Part shown: positions 46,147 to 55,886 of the stretch, in pieces
How positions within the stretch are numbered: position 1 is the first letter of the stretch
How the letters are laid out: every line of letters starts with the position of its first letter
IMG/VR virus record: IMGVR_UViG_3300045988_089680
Coordinates: 11,055-75,054 of that record
Origin: a virus
DNA length: 64,000 nucleotides
Reading direction: 5' to 3' (one strand)
Program-made: the position numbers and the translations under genes
Notes under the pieces: generated by a model
Databases searched by the model: none
Told to the model about the DNA's origin: nothing
What the model saw: the letters and a program-made list of their open reading frames with translations, nothing else

Positions 46147-47100
46147 ATGAGTATGATTAAAAGAAGCAATGAGATTACTATTTCGAAGAATGTTAAAATG
46201 ATGGTTTACGGACAGGCTGGTATGGGTAAGACAACTTTCGCCCTCTCTGCACCTAAGCCTTTGTTGCTTGACTTTGATAATGGTGTCAAGCGTGTTAATA
46301 CAGCACATTTGGATGATAGCGTAGGTATCGTTCAGATTGATAGTTGGCAAGACGTGATGAATTTGCTGAACTACAACAAGAATGACTTGGCAGAGTTCGA
46401 TACCATCGTAGTAGACACCATCGGAAAGATGATAGACTACATCATTCAATATCGCTGCAACGGTCGCAACCCGCAGATTCAAGACTGGGGAACTATTAAC
46501 AATGACTTCAAGTGGTTTACTTCGTCCCTCTCATCACTTAACAAGAATATTGTATTTGTTGCACATCGTGACACTCGCAAGGAAGGGGAAAGCACAGTAT
46601 TCATTCCTGCGCTCCGTGAGAAGAACTACAATAGTATCGTAACTGACTTGGACCTTCTTGGCTATCTCGAAATGAGAAGTGAGAATGGTCGTCAGATGAG
46701 AACTATCACTTTTGACCCGACAAGCCGAAACGACGGAAAGAATACATGTCAGCTTCCTGGTTGTATGCAGATACCAGTAATCCTTGATGCAAACGGACAG
46801 CCAACAGCCCCGAACAACTTCATCGCCACTCAGATTCTCTCACGTTATCAGTCTATGATAGCACAGAAGGAGAAAAAGGTTAAGGAGTACAATAAGGCTC
46901 TTGACGAAATAAAAGAAAGCGTACAATTGATTACAGATGCACAAGGAGCTAACCATTTCATCGGGCACATCAAAGATTATGCAAACTTGGGCAACTCAGT
47001 AATTCTTCATGCAAGAAGTCTGTTCACCGAGAAGGCCAGTGCACTGAAGTTGGTTTACAATAAGGAGACCAAGCAATACGAGGACCCACAAGAAGCATAA
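46147..47100 (+). CDS. AAA_24 / Sak4-like RecA-fold ATPase
   Basis: Walker A in MVYGQAGMGKTTFALSAPKPLLLDFDNG. Walker B in FDTIVVDTIG. Confidence 0.65.
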   Translation: MSMIKRSNEITISKNVKMMVYGQAGMGKTTFALSAPKPLLLDFDNGVKRVNTAHLDDSVGIVQIDSWQDVMNLLNYNKNDLAEFDTIVVDTIGKMIDYIIQYRCNGRNPQIQDWGTINNDFKWFTSSLSSLNKNIVFVAHRDTRKEGESTVFIPALREKNYNSIVTDLDLLGYLEMRSENGRQMRTITFDPTSRNDGKNTCQLPGCMQIPVILDANGQPTAPNNFIATQILSRYQSMIAQKEKKVKEYNKALDEIKESVQLITDAQGANHFIGHIKDYANLGNSVILHARSLFTEKASALKLVYNKETKQYEDPQEA

Positions 47101-47104
47101 CGTT

Positions 47105-47887
47105 ATGGAAGTAGTCAAGTTTAGGTTCTATGCGACGCTTTTGGATGCGTATCAGAACTACCTTGATAGTGACATCATTTGGAGTAAGTATTGGGGATGG
47201 TCTGAAAATCCACCCCATACTCCAGAAGAGTTCAAGAAGATACAATTCCAGTCGTTAATAGATAGAATAAATCGAGTACCATTCGATAGTGAAGCTGCTG
47301 ACAAAGGCACAGCATTCAATGAGGTTATTGATTGTATGGTCCTTCATCGTAACTCGGAGAATATGGATATTCACACCATTTATCAAGAAGTAGAAGAATA
47401 TCCGTATAGCAAAAGGGTTCCTGTCGGTGTAGAAGCAAAGCTGAACGGCAGAAGTTTCTGCTTCCCTATTCAGCTAGTCCGACATTATGCAACCTACTAT
47501 AAAGGAGCATTGCCACAGGTTTATATACAAGCTGTCTTGCCTACCATGTATGGCAAAGTAATGCTGTATGGGTATATTGATTACCTTATGCCGTTCTGTA
47601 CTCATGATCTGAAAACAACACGTCAGTATGCAGTTGGCAATTACAAAAGACACTGGCAACATAAGGTCTATCCTTATGCTCTCATGAAGAATGGTTGTGA
47701 TGTTTACGACTTCGAATACAATATCTCGGAAATCGGAAAGACGTATTACAGAAACTATACGGAAAGTTATACGTTTAACCCTAAAAGGGATATTCCTCTA
47801 CTCACTCAACACTGCGAAGGATTGATTAGTTTCATTCAAGAAAACAGAGATTTGATAACAGACAAGAAAATATTCAATTTAGTTTAA
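47105..47887 (+). CDS. PD-(D/E)xK (Cas4/RecB-like) nuclease
   Basis: YGYIDYLMPFCTHDLKTT gives D...DxK. Lies in a recombination module with Sak4 and SSB. Confidence 0.45.
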   Translation: MEVVKFRFYATLLDAYQNYLDSDIIWSKYWGWSENPPHTPEEFKKIQFQSLIDRINRVPFDSEAADKGTAFNEVIDCMVLHRNSENMDIHTIYQEVEEYPYSKRVPVGVEAKLNGRSFCFPIQLVRHYATYYKGALPQVYIQAVLPTMYGKVMLYGYIDYLMPFCTHDLKTTRQYAVGNYKRHWQHKVYPYALMKNGCDVYDFEYNISEIGKTYYRNYTESYTFNPKRDIPLLTQHCEGLISFIQENRDLITDKKIFNLV

Positions 47888-47888
47888 T

Positions 47889-48092
47889 ATGGCAGAAAAA
47901 AAGAAAAAGAGCGCAAAGATGTCTTCAAACGAAGACGATGCAGCAGATGCTTTTGCAGCTGCTATGGGACAATCAGTAGCTCCTCCAGTTCCAACTGAAA
48001 TACGTAATTACGTTTGTTCTGGCACAAATGACTCATTGGAATGTTTGGAACGCTTCATGCGTGACAATGGTATCACTTTTAATGTTCAGTAA
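47889..48092 (+). CDS. hypothetical protein
   Basis: 67-aa ORF in the track. Confidence 0.4.
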   Translation: MAEKKKKSAKMSSNEDDAADAFAAAMGQSVAPPVPTEIRNYVCSGTNDSLECLERFMRDNGITFNVQ

Positions 48093-48094
48093 AA

Positions 48095-48613
48095 ATGGCA
48101 TTTCAGATTAGTGGAATTATTCAGCATATAGGGAATACGGAGAGTATTCCCTATCAAGACAAAGTCTTCAAAAAAAGAGAGCTTGTCTTGGATTGCTCCT
48201 ATCGTAACCAGTTCACAGGGCAGATAGAGAGAGCAAACTATCCAAAGTTCGAGTTTACAGGCAATCACGTTGACGATCTGAACGGCTTCAATATTGGTGA
48301 TATTGTGACGGTATCATTCTCCTTGAATGGTTCACGCTCAGAGAAAGATGGGCAAGTCAGATACTTCACTAACGTTCAAGGTTATAAAATCGATAAATAT
48401 CAATCTCGTTATAATCAGCAACAGGGTGGAAATCAACCTACGCAAGCCGTTAATGGTAGTCAGCCTACCAACTCACAAGGTGCAGGGCAAATGAGCGCAC
48501 AACAATCAGCTATGGAGTCTGCAAGAAACGCAGCATCAGCTTCTAATTTCCCTCCAGCTGTAGATGAAAACGGTATCCCGATTCAAGGTAATAGCGATGA
48601 TTTACCATTTTAA
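48095..48613 (+). CDS. ssb: single-stranded DNA-binding protein (DUF3127-like OB fold with acidic tip)
   Basis: Q/G/N-rich linker and C-terminal DDLPF, typical of SSB tails. Confidence 0.6.
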   Translation: MAFQISGIIQHIGNTESIPYQDKVFKKRELVLDCSYRNQFTGQIERANYPKFEFTGNHVDDLNGFNIGDIVTVSFSLNGSRSEKDGQVRYFTNVQGYKIDKYQSRYNQQQGGNQPTQAVNGSQPTNSQGAGQMSAQQSAMESARNAASASNFPPAVDENGIPIQGNSDDLPF

Positions 48614-48623
48614 GAAATAGAAT

Positions 48624-49064
48624 ATGGCACTCTATAATTTGAAAAACCCATACGAAAGAGAAAGGTTCAAAGAGAAATGCAGAGAGTTGTATATTAATCA
48701 GTCTTATGTAGAGCTGAAAAAAAAGGCGACTCAACGGTCTTTGGCTCAGAACAGCTATCTCCATCTACTGTTAGGCTACTTCGCGTCAGAATTTGGCTAC
48801 ACACTCGAAGAAGTCAAGTTTGACATATTCAAGAAGATATGCAACAGAGATATATTCGAAAAAAAACGAATAAACAAAAGAGGACAAGAAGTTACCTACA
48901 TCAGAAGTAGTACAGAGCTTGATAAGGCCGAAATGACAACTGCAATAGAAAGGTTTAGGAATTATAGCAGTGCCCAATGTGGGTTATATCTTCCAGAAGC
49001 AAACGAGGGTGAAGCTTTATTTTTCGCCCAACAGCAGATGGATCAGTACAAAGAATATCAATAA
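48624..49064 (+). CDS. NinB/Orf-like recombination mediator
   Basis: RSLAQNSYLHLLLGYFA resembles lambda NinB RSLDQNRKLWACLGD. Same length, 146 aa. Confidence 0.45.
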   Translation: MALYNLKNPYERERFKEKCRELYINQSYVELKKKATQRSLAQNSYLHLLLGYFASEFGYTLEEVKFDIFKKICNRDIFEKKRINKRGQEVTYIRSSTELDKAEMTTAIERFRNYSSAQCGLYLPEANEGEALFFAQQQMDQYKEYQ

Positions 49065-49079
49065 TAAAAAAATACAACT

Positions 49080-49775
49080 ATGTTATCAGATTTGAAAAAT
49101 TACTGTCCGAAGGAAATAGAGTTCAACCTTTCAGACAAAGACAAAGAAATGTTCGGTGAAGTGTTGGTACTTTGCCCAGAGTGTAAGTCTGCAAAAGAAG
49201 TATTCAAGAAGATAAAAGACAAATTCAATGCGACCTTCCCTAACGGCGAAAACGCAGAGCGTAAGTATGACAGTTTCGAGGTTACTGCCATCCGTGAGGA
49301 ATATTGCGTAAAGCAGGAAAATGAAGCTCCTAAGCGCAAGACGGAACTTGAATGCACCCTTGCGCAAATCAAGCAAATGAAAAAGGACGCAGAAGAAGCC
49401 TACAATTCGGTACTGCTTGAAATCGCAGACTTGGCTGCAAAAGTAAAGAACGGACTTACCGATTACCGTCTGTCAGCTAATGACACAATGCGTATAGCTC
49501 TGAATGGTCACTACCTCACCTACTCGTGGGTTGATGAAAAGTTTCAGCTCTGTAAAGTAGAACCTATATCTCCATTCGAGAAGGGCAGTCTATGGGCCCA
49601 AGAGGACACAAACCGTAAAGTCATGTTAGAAGAGTTCGGCATAGAGTTCCCAGAAGTGGACAAACCTGTAGAGGAAGACAAAAACGACAGCACGGACAAC
49701 AATGGTAACGATTTGCCGTTTGGCGACGAAGACCCTTCATTGGGCGATGATGACGAACCAAATTTAGATGAATAA
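49080..49775 (+). CDS. hypothetical protein with an acidic DLPF-containing tail
   Basis: CPEC near the N-terminus. C-terminus NDLPFGDEDPSLGDDDEPNLDE. Confidence 0.45.
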   Translation: MLSDLKNYCPKEIEFNLSDKDKEMFGEVLVLCPECKSAKEVFKKIKDKFNATFPNGENAERKYDSFEVTAIREEYCVKQENEAPKRKTELECTLAQIKQMKKDAEEAYNSVLLEIADLAAKVKNGLTDYRLSANDTMRIALNGHYLTYSWVDEKFQLCKVEPISPFEKGSLWAQEDTNRKVMLEEFGIEFPEVDKPVEEDKNDSTDNNGNDLPFGDEDPSLGDDDEPNLDE

Positions 49776-50953
49776 TGATTTATCAGTTACGAGACTACCA
49801 ACAGAGAGCAAGTGATGCTGCTGTTAGAGCGTTTCAAAGTAAATCTAAAAGTAACGGACTCCTTATCCTGCCCACTGGAGCAGGAAAGAGTCTTGTTATT
49901 GCTGATATTGCTTCACGTCTTGATGGACCTTTACTTGTATTTCAGCCGAGCAAAGAAATCCTTGAACAGAACTTTGCTAAACTGCAAAGCTATGGTGTGG
50001 TAGACTGTGGTGTTTATTCAGCATCAGTAGGATGCAAAGACATTAATCGTATTACCTTCGCTACAATAGGCAGTGTCATGAACCACATGCGCGACTTCGC
50101 ACATTTCAAGAATGTAATGATAGATGAATGCCATTATGTGAACAGCAAGGGCGGTCAGTACAAAGATTTTATAGAAGCAGAGAATCGTAGAGTCGTAGGA
50201 TTAACTGCAACACCTTATAGGTTAGGAAAGGGATTAAATGGGCTATCAATGTTGAAGTTTCTTACTCGTACACGTCCAAGAATCTTCGATACAGTCTTAT
50301 ACTATTGTCAAATAAGCGATTTGTTGGCTAAAGGTTATCTTGCTGACCTTCGATATTTTGACTGTACGCAGCTTGATATGAGCCAAGTAAAAACCAATTC
50401 GACTGGTGCTGATTACGATGAAGAAAGTCTAAAGCTTGAATATGAACGAAGCGGTTTTTACGACCAACTTACATCTACAACAATCAGGGTCTTAAAACCA
50501 AAGAACAAGATACCAAGAAAGGGAGTTCTTGTCTTCACTCGATTTATAGATGAAGCAGAAAAACTTACAAATAAGCTCAGTTCACTTGGAATCAAATCAG
50601 CCATAGTAACCGGAACAACCCCGAAGGTAGAACGTGAAAGTATACTCAAGGAGTTCACGTCAGGTAAGATTAAAGTTGTTTCAAACGTGGGGACACTCAC
50701 AACTGGTTTTGATTACCCTGCCCTTGATACAGTAATACTTGCAAGGCCTACTAAGTCTCTGTCACTCTATTATCAAATGGTAGGACGAGCAATACGCCCA
50801 TTTCAAGGTAAAGACGGATGGATTATAGACCTTGGAGGAAACTATAAAAGGTTTGGTGATGTAAGTCACCTAAAAATAGACCTCGAACTACCTGGAAGTA
50901 CAAGATGGTGTATAAGGTCTCAAGGAAAACAATTAACGAACGTAACATTTTAG
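49775..50953 (+). CDS. SF2 DEAD/DEAH-box DNA helicase
   Basis: LPTGAGKS (motif I), MIDECHY (II), TATPYR (III), QMVGRAIR (VI). Confidence 0.8.
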   Translation: MIYQLRDYQQRASDAAVRAFQSKSKSNGLLILPTGAGKSLVIADIASRLDGPLLVFQPSKEILEQNFAKLQSYGVVDCGVYSASVGCKDINRITFATIGSVMNHMRDFAHFKNVMIDECHYVNSKGGQYKDFIEAENRRVVGLTATPYRLGKGLNGLSMLKFLTRTRPRIFDTVLYYCQISDLLAKGYLADLRYFDCTQLDMSQVKTNSTGADYDEESLKLEYERSGFYDQLTSTTIRVLKPKNKIPRKGVLVFTRFIDEAEKLTNKLSSLGIKSAIVTGTTPKVERESILKEFTSGKIKVVSNVGTLTTGFDYPALDTVILARPTKSLSLYYQMVGRAIRPFQGKDGWIIDLGGNYKRFGDVSHLKIDLELPGSTRWCIRSQGKQLTNVTF

Positions 50954-50957
50954 CATT

Positions 50958-51692
50958 ATGGAGATAAAAGGCAAAGTACATTGTTTCTTTGAACAATCTG
51001 GAACATTCAAGAATGAGTTTATAAAGCTTGGTATTCCAGCGGAAGATTATGACATACAGAATGACTTCGGACAAACTGAAAACATTGTTGATCTGTTTAA
51101 GGAAATAGAAGCAGCTTATGAAGACAAGCCATCTATCTTTGACAAGATAGAAAAAGACGACTTAATCTTAGCCTTTTTTCCTTGTATATATTTCTCTGCA
51201 ATGAGTCAGATGGCGATGTACTACGGATGTACTAATTATCGCAAGAAGACAACAAAAGAAGCTACTGATATGATATTAGAACGTTCAGTAAACAGAGAGA
51301 AATTCTTTCGGCTTGCAGTAAAAATGGTCTCAGTTGTAAAAATCAGGGGGGGCAGACTTATTATGGAGAACCCATGGAGTGAACAAACATTCTTGAAAAG
51401 CAATTTCGTCTTACCACCTACCATCATTGACAACAACAGATTGTTGCGTGGTGATTATTACAAAAAGCCAACAGCATATTGGTTTATTGGTTGTGAACCT
51501 ACAAATGGGAAGAGTTTGCAAAAGAACAAAATACAGAAAACAATCATTAAAGCAAGGGGAAGTAAACAATCTGGCATTTGTTCAACAGAGCGAAGCCTTA
51601 TTTCTGCAGATTATGCAAGAAACTTTATATGCGATTTTATCTTAGGTAAACAACAAAAGGGATTGTCTATTCCTCAACTTTTTAAAATATAA
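50958..51692 (+). CDS. DNA (cytosine-5) methyltransferase-like protein
   Basis: FFPCIYFS (PCxxFS-like motif IV) and IMENPWS (ENV-like motif VI). Short at 244 aa. Contains a G7 run at 51346-51352. Confidence 0.4.
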   Translation: MEIKGKVHCFFEQSGTFKNEFIKLGIPAEDYDIQNDFGQTENIVDLFKEIEAAYEDKPSIFDKIEKDDLILAFFPCIYFSAMSQMAMYYGCTNYRKKTTKEATDMILERSVNREKFFRLAVKMVSVVKIRGGRLIMENPWSEQTFLKSNFVLPPTIIDNNRLLRGDYYKKPTAYWFIGCEPTNGKSLQKNKIQKTIIKARGSKQSGICSTERSLISADYARNFICDFILGKQQKGLSIPQLFKI

Positions 51693-52303
51693 TGGATATG
51701 ATAATTGAATCAAGACAAATTAAAGAGTGGGTCAAAAGAGCCTACGATAATGCTGTCAAACATGGATGGCATGAAGAAGAAAAGTCAAATGCGCATTGGT
51801 TGATGATGGTTTGCACAGAAGTAGCAGAAGCCGTACAAGCTGACCGCAAAGGAAACTATATGGACGACCTTGACAAAGAAGGTCTTAAAACTGTACTTGC
51901 CAACGACCAAGGTAGCGGTTTGTTCAACAAATACTACTCTGATACCATCGAGGGAAAAGTAGAAAGCGAGTTGGCAGATATTTGTATTCGTGTCTTTGAT
52001 TTAATGGGTGTTTGTGATGTTGTGCCAAATGCCGGATTTTCCACATTTGACTCTGAGGTTAAGTATGTTAAACAGCATAGCTTTACTGAGAACGCTATGA
52101 CTGTTACTAGAACTATTGTTTCGTGCAACCTTAACCCATCTATAAGTGTAAAGGCAGAAATGTTCTATGTCTTATATAAAAGTATTCTTTCCTCCGTATT
52201 TGAATGGGCAGAAGCACTTGGAATCGACCTCGTTCAGCACATCAACTTGAAGATGCGTTATAACGAAAGCAGAGAGTACCATCACGGAAATAAGCTGTAT
52301 TAA
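51692..52303 (+). CDS. MazG-like nucleotide pyrophosphohydrolase
   Basis: CTEVAEAVQADRKG...ELADICIRVFDLMG fits the EExxE...D pattern of MazG folds. Confidence 0.5.
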   Translation: MDMIIESRQIKEWVKRAYDNAVKHGWHEEEKSNAHWLMMVCTEVAEAVQADRKGNYMDDLDKEGLKTVLANDQGSGLFNKYYSDTIEGKVESELADICIRVFDLMGVCDVVPNAGFSTFDSEVKYVKQHSFTENAMTVTRTIVSCNLNPSISVKAEMFYVLYKSILSSVFEWAEALGIDLVQHINLKMRYNESREYHHGNKLY

Positions 52304-52317
52304 AGAGTCCTAGGGTT

Positions 52318-52806
52318 ATGAATAAATACTATTTCAATCGCAAACCAAAAGTTGCTCAAACAGCAGAAAAAGTGGTTAAAAAGAGAAATTACAAGAGCAA
52401 ACCAAACTTGGTAAAAAAACTCGATAGATTGTTCTCCCTTTACATACGTCTTCGTGATGCTATGCCGAATGGATACGTTCGGTGTATCTCATGTGGAAAG
52501 ATTAAAACCTTTGACGATGTAGATTGTGGCCACTTCTACAGTCGTACTCATATGTCAACAAGGTTTGACGAAGACAATTGTAATGCAGAATGTAAATTCT
52601 GTAACAGGTTCAGCGCAGATCATCTTATAGCTTACCAAACAAACCTCATACGTAAGATAGGCATAAGTCGGTTTGAAAAACTTGGCTTAAAGGCAAAATC
52701 CACTTGTCATTGGCTTGACAGTGAACTGGAAGATAGAATAAAGTATTACTCTCAGAAAGTAAACGAACTAAGCCGTGAAAAGGCAATAAGAGTAAAAGTT
52801 AAATAA
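52318..52806 (+). CDS. NinG/Rap-like recombination endonuclease
   Basis: FSLYIRLRDA...CISCGK...CGHFYSR...EDNCNAECKFCN. Confidence 0.6.
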   Translation: MNKYYFNRKPKVAQTAEKVVKKRNYKSKPNLVKKLDRLFSLYIRLRDAMPNGYVRCISCGKIKTFDDVDCGHFYSRTHMSTRFDEDNCNAECKFCNRFSADHLIAYQTNLIRKIGISRFEKLGLKAKSTCHWLDSELEDRIKYYSQKVNELSREKAIRVKVK

Positions 52807-52861
52807 TGATAGTCTAAGATTTTTTATCCTTGGAAATATTGGTCATTCAAATACTTTTAAC

Positions 52862-52869
52862 TATCTTTG
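52862..52869 (+). promoter_or_regulatory. -7 box TATCTTTG
   Basis: TAnnTTTG upstream of the replication gene. Confidence 0.45.
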
Positions 52870-52996
52870 CAAACAAGAATAACATCAGGAACGTGGAACT
52901 TTCTGATAAAACATATTGAATCCTCGACAAGTATTGCTTCTGTTCCACCTGCATATGCAGAGAAGTAAGAACGTTGAGGATTTTGTTTTGATTACT

Positions 52997-53737
52997 ATGC
53001 TAAACGGTTGGATTAAGATACCTCGCAACGTCCTTGAGTGGGAATGGTGGGATAAACCAGAAATGGTTGTCCTGTACCTCTACATGCTTGCGTCAGCAAA
53101 TAAAGAAGATACACTTTGGCATAGCAAGGAGATAAAGAGGGGACAGTTTGTAACAAGTCTAAATACTATAGAACGAGATAATCCTAAGCTTACTAAAAAG
53201 ATAATTCGTACATGCCTTAAACGATTCCAAGACGCAGGGACAATAAGCATAGAGTCTACGAACAATTATTCAGTTATAACAATTTGTAATTATGAAGAAT
53301 ATAATTGTACGAAAAATGTTTCTTGCGAAGAGATCAAAGAAGATAGTCAAGAAAATGAACATCAAGAAATATCTCCTGTACTTCCAGAAAAGAAAGAAAC
53401 GAAACCAAAGAAAACCAAGGAAGAAATCAAGGAAGCAACAAAGAAACGAACACAAGAGTTCTACGATAGTTTGATTCCTTACGTCCCTACTTATGGTAGG
53501 GAAATGGTAAGAGAGTTCTTCGATTATTGGAGTGAAGCTAATAAATCTGGTTCTAAACTAAGATTTGAACAAGAGAAAACATGGGATTTGAGCAGAAGAC
53601 TCGCACGATGGTCAAATCATAATAAAGAATATAAGAGCAATGAAGACAAAAAGAATAGATCAAATAACAATACCGCAGCACAACGATTTAGAGAAGCAAC
53701 CGACCTCGTTGAATCCCTGTTGTCCTCGCAAGACTGA
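52997..53737 (+). CDS. replication initiation / replisome organizer-like protein
   Basis: N-terminal winged-helix-like WIKIPRNVLEWEWWDKPEMVVLYLYML...RGQFVTSLNTI. Start uncertain (52916 TTG, 52955 or 52997 ATG). Confidence 0.5.
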   Translation: MLNGWIKIPRNVLEWEWWDKPEMVVLYLYMLASANKEDTLWHSKEIKRGQFVTSLNTIERDNPKLTKKIIRTCLKRFQDAGTISIESTNNYSVITICNYEEYNCTKNVSCEEIKEDSQENEHQEISPVLPEKKETKPKKTKEEIKEATKKRTQEFYDSLIPYVPTYGREMVREFFDYWSEANKSGSKLRFEQEKTWDLSRRLARWSNHNKEYKSNEDKKNRSNNNTAAQRFREATDLVESLLSSQD

Positions 53738-54458
53738 GATAACAGCGAAATACGGAAGAACAGCAAAAGAGTTTTTGCTCACGGTCACACCGTCTCAACA
53801 GTCTGTATTGTATAAGAATATACATGATTGCTACTTTGGTGATTATCCTACCCTTGGAGAGCTTGACGCTACATACACCCCTAAAACTGCACAAGCATGG
53901 CTCGTACCCCAACTTTGGGATCTGTCTGAATATTGTGGAATAAAGGAGAAATTCACATCTAATCAGTTGACTCAATGCTCAGATATTATTGCAAATGACT
54001 ACCGCTATTTGAAGGTATCGGAGATAATGCTTTTCTTTGCGAAATTCAAAAGAGGTTGCTATGGTCGTTTTTGGGGCGCGGCTGACCCTCTTGTCATTAT
54101 GGAAGCCTTAAAGGCGTTTGGTCTTGAGAGGAAAACAGCATATTACGACCAAGCAAAAAAGGAAGAGGAGTTAAGACTTGCGAATAACAATCACCACTGC
54201 ACATGGGATGAATATGCAGAACGAAGTGGACAAAAATGTAAGCCATTTCCATTTTCAAGGGATTCGGGTAAACCTCGTAAAGTAGAAAAGACCAAAGACC
54301 ACCCAAAGATAAATATAGAAGAAAGAATACTTGATATTGCCAATTCTCTTATATGCAACTTATACAAATGTGATAAAGACACATTGTTGGAAATGAAAAA
54401 TGCATTCAAAACCAAATACGGATGCACTCCAGAAGAATATATATCAAGAAAAAGTTAG
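53640..54458 (+). CDS. hypothetical protein overlapping the upstream gene by 98 nt
   Basis: 272-aa ORF. The ATG sits in TAAGAGCAATG inside the upstream coding region. No later in-frame ATG near the overlap. Confidence 0.5.
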   Translation: MKTKRIDQITIPQHNDLEKQPTSLNPCCPRKTEITAKYGRTAKEFLLTVTPSQQSVLYKNIHDCYFGDYPTLGELDATYTPKTAQAWLVPQLWDLSEYCGIKEKFTSNQLTQCSDIIANDYRYLKVSEIMLFFAKFKRGCYGRFWGAADPLVIMEALKAFGLERKTAYYDQAKKEEELRLANNNHHCTWDEYAERSGQKCKPFPFSRDSGKPRKVEKTKDHPKINIEERILDIANSLICNLYKCDKDTLLEMKNAFKTKYGCTPEEYISRKS

Positions 54459-54552
54459 CTAAGGTTAATTTATTGGTTTTCAGTAAATTACAAGTTTTGA
54501 AATTTGGTCAATCCCCCCAAAATGACTACCTTTGCAATAGATAATTAAAACA
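54450..54552 (+). promoter_or_regulatory. promoter module copy 2
   Basis: Same ~105-bp module as at 5546 and 62214, with -7 TACCTTTG. CCCCCC replaces AGCAAAAAAA in the spacer. Overlaps the stop of the upstream gene. Confidence 0.65.
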
Positions 54553-54571
54553 TTTATAAAAAACAAGAGCA

Positions 54572-54793
54572 ATGAAAAGAATAAAGTATTATGTTATGGA
54601 ACAGTATGTTGAAAAGACAGCAAAAGTCTTTGAAACTACACGCAAAGCAGAGGCAGAAAAATTCCTTCATCGTCTTTGCAAATCATTCGAGAATGATATA
54701 AAATACTCAGTTGAAATTAAGAATCCAGGTAATTTCACAGCACGTTTACTTTCATGCCAAGAAAGTTATGAATACTGGATAGAAAAAAGATAA
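54572..54793 (+). CDS. hypothetical protein
   Basis: First ORF after promoter module 2. ATG in CAAGAGCAATG. Confidence 0.5.
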   Translation: MKRIKYYVMEQYVEKTAKVFETTRKAEAEKFLHRLCKSFENDIKYSVEIKNPGNFTARLLSCQESYEYWIEKR

Positions 54794-54805
54794 ATAAGCA
54801 AACTT

Positions 54806-54973
54806 ATGATAGACTGGAAAGCATTCTACGCCAATGGTGGCTATCATGGCGATAACGATCCTTACTGCTACGATGATGGCAATGATGAAGAGTACGAGGA
54901 AGAAGACGAGTACGAACCAAACGACAAGTACCTTATCGATAGCGAGTATGAATCAAGTGGACCAACCTTTTAA
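54806..54973 (+). CDS. 55-aa acidic protein (below the track cutoff)
   Basis: Hand translation MIDWKAFYANGGYHGDNDPYCYDDGNDEEYEEEDEYEPNDKYLIDSEYESSGPTF. Confidence 0.35.
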   Translation: MIDWKAFYANGGYHGDNDPYCYDDGNDEEYEEEDEYEPNDKYLIDSEYESSGPTF

Positions 54974-54985
54974 ATACATAAAATT

Positions 54986-55087
54986 ATGAAAGAAGAATAT
55001 ACATCATGGGAGTACTTTAAGGAAGATACTCCTATAAACATCAAAGTAAATAATAACAAAACGATACAATCTATAAATTATGAATAA
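54986..55087 (+). CDS. 33-aa ORF (below the track cutoff)
   Basis: Hand translation MKEEYTSWEYFKEDTPINIKVNNNKTIQSINYE. Overlaps the next ATG by 8 nt. Confidence 0.3.
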   Translation: MKEEYTSWEYFKEDTPINIKVNNNKTIQSINYE

Positions 55088-55376
55088 CAAAATCATCGAT
55101 TTACTTGCTGATAGAAGAATTATCAACGAGAACATTATAAGACTTGTAAATGAAGACATCAAAAGCCTACCATACAAGAAAGACGATAAGTGTATTAACA
55201 CCAAAACAAAAGAGGTGTTTTGGATACATGATATTCATCCTACACTTCTGAACGGTTTTATGCCAAATGGTGATTTTACTGTTATCGTGAATCCACCCAA
55301 AAATGATGGCACACGATCAGCAAAGAAGCGCATACTGTATTACGAATATCAAGACATAAAGAAATTGGAGGATTAA
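55080..55376 (+). CDS. hypothetical protein
   Basis: 98-aa ORF in the track. Confidence 0.45.
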   Translation: MNNKIIDLLADRRIINENIIRLVNEDIKSLPYKKDDKCINTKTKEVFWIHDIHPTLLNGFMPNGDFTVIVNPPKNDGTRSAKKRILYYEYQDIKKLED

Positions 55377-55378
55377 TT

Positions 55379-55675
55379 ATGATAACAACAAAAATTAATT
55401 TCGTAGACAACGCTACTACTAAAGAAGCAGGAATGTATGCTTTGAAGTATGGTTGGGCATTCGTTAAAGGTGCTTGCCGTGACATTAACAGTTTTGTACA
55501 TAAAATGCCTTGGTTGTGTATAGGAGCTGCAGTCACGATTTCGATCTTTATAAGTTTTATTTGTATCTCTCATGCTCGTATTGATAGAGATTATTCTTTA
55601 AAGAAACAATCTCAATTACAGCAGCAAGTAGAACAGTTGTCATGTGCATTGGAAGCAGAAAGGAGTAAGCGATGA
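55379..55675 (+). CDS. membrane protein
   Basis: TM helix LCIGAAVTISIFISFICI. GGAGG upstream. Confidence 0.45.
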   Translation: MITTKINFVDNATTKEAGMYALKYGWAFVKGACRDINSFVHKMPWLCIGAAVTISIFISFICISHARIDRDYSLKKQSQLQQQVEQLSCALEAERSKR

Positions 55676-55881
55676 AAAAGAGGCTTAGAAAAAAGATAAT
55701 AACCGCTTGTTTTGATAAGCTCCCAATAGAATTGTATAAGGAGTTCTTGTACAAGAAGTGTAAGTATAACGTTGTGAGCAGTTATCACAACCTGATAAAA
55801 AAAGGTAAAAAAGATGGGTACAAAGCATATGTATCAATAACTGGACCTGAAGGAACGGTTTATAAGAAGTTTAAAAAATAA
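55672..55881 (+). CDS. hypothetical basic protein
   Basis: ATGA overlap with the upstream gene. Confidence 0.45.
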   Translation: MKKRLRKKIITACFDKLPIELYKEFLYKKCKYNVVSSYHNLIKKGKKDGYKAYVSITGPEGTVYKKFKK

Positions 55882-55886
55882 TCCAT

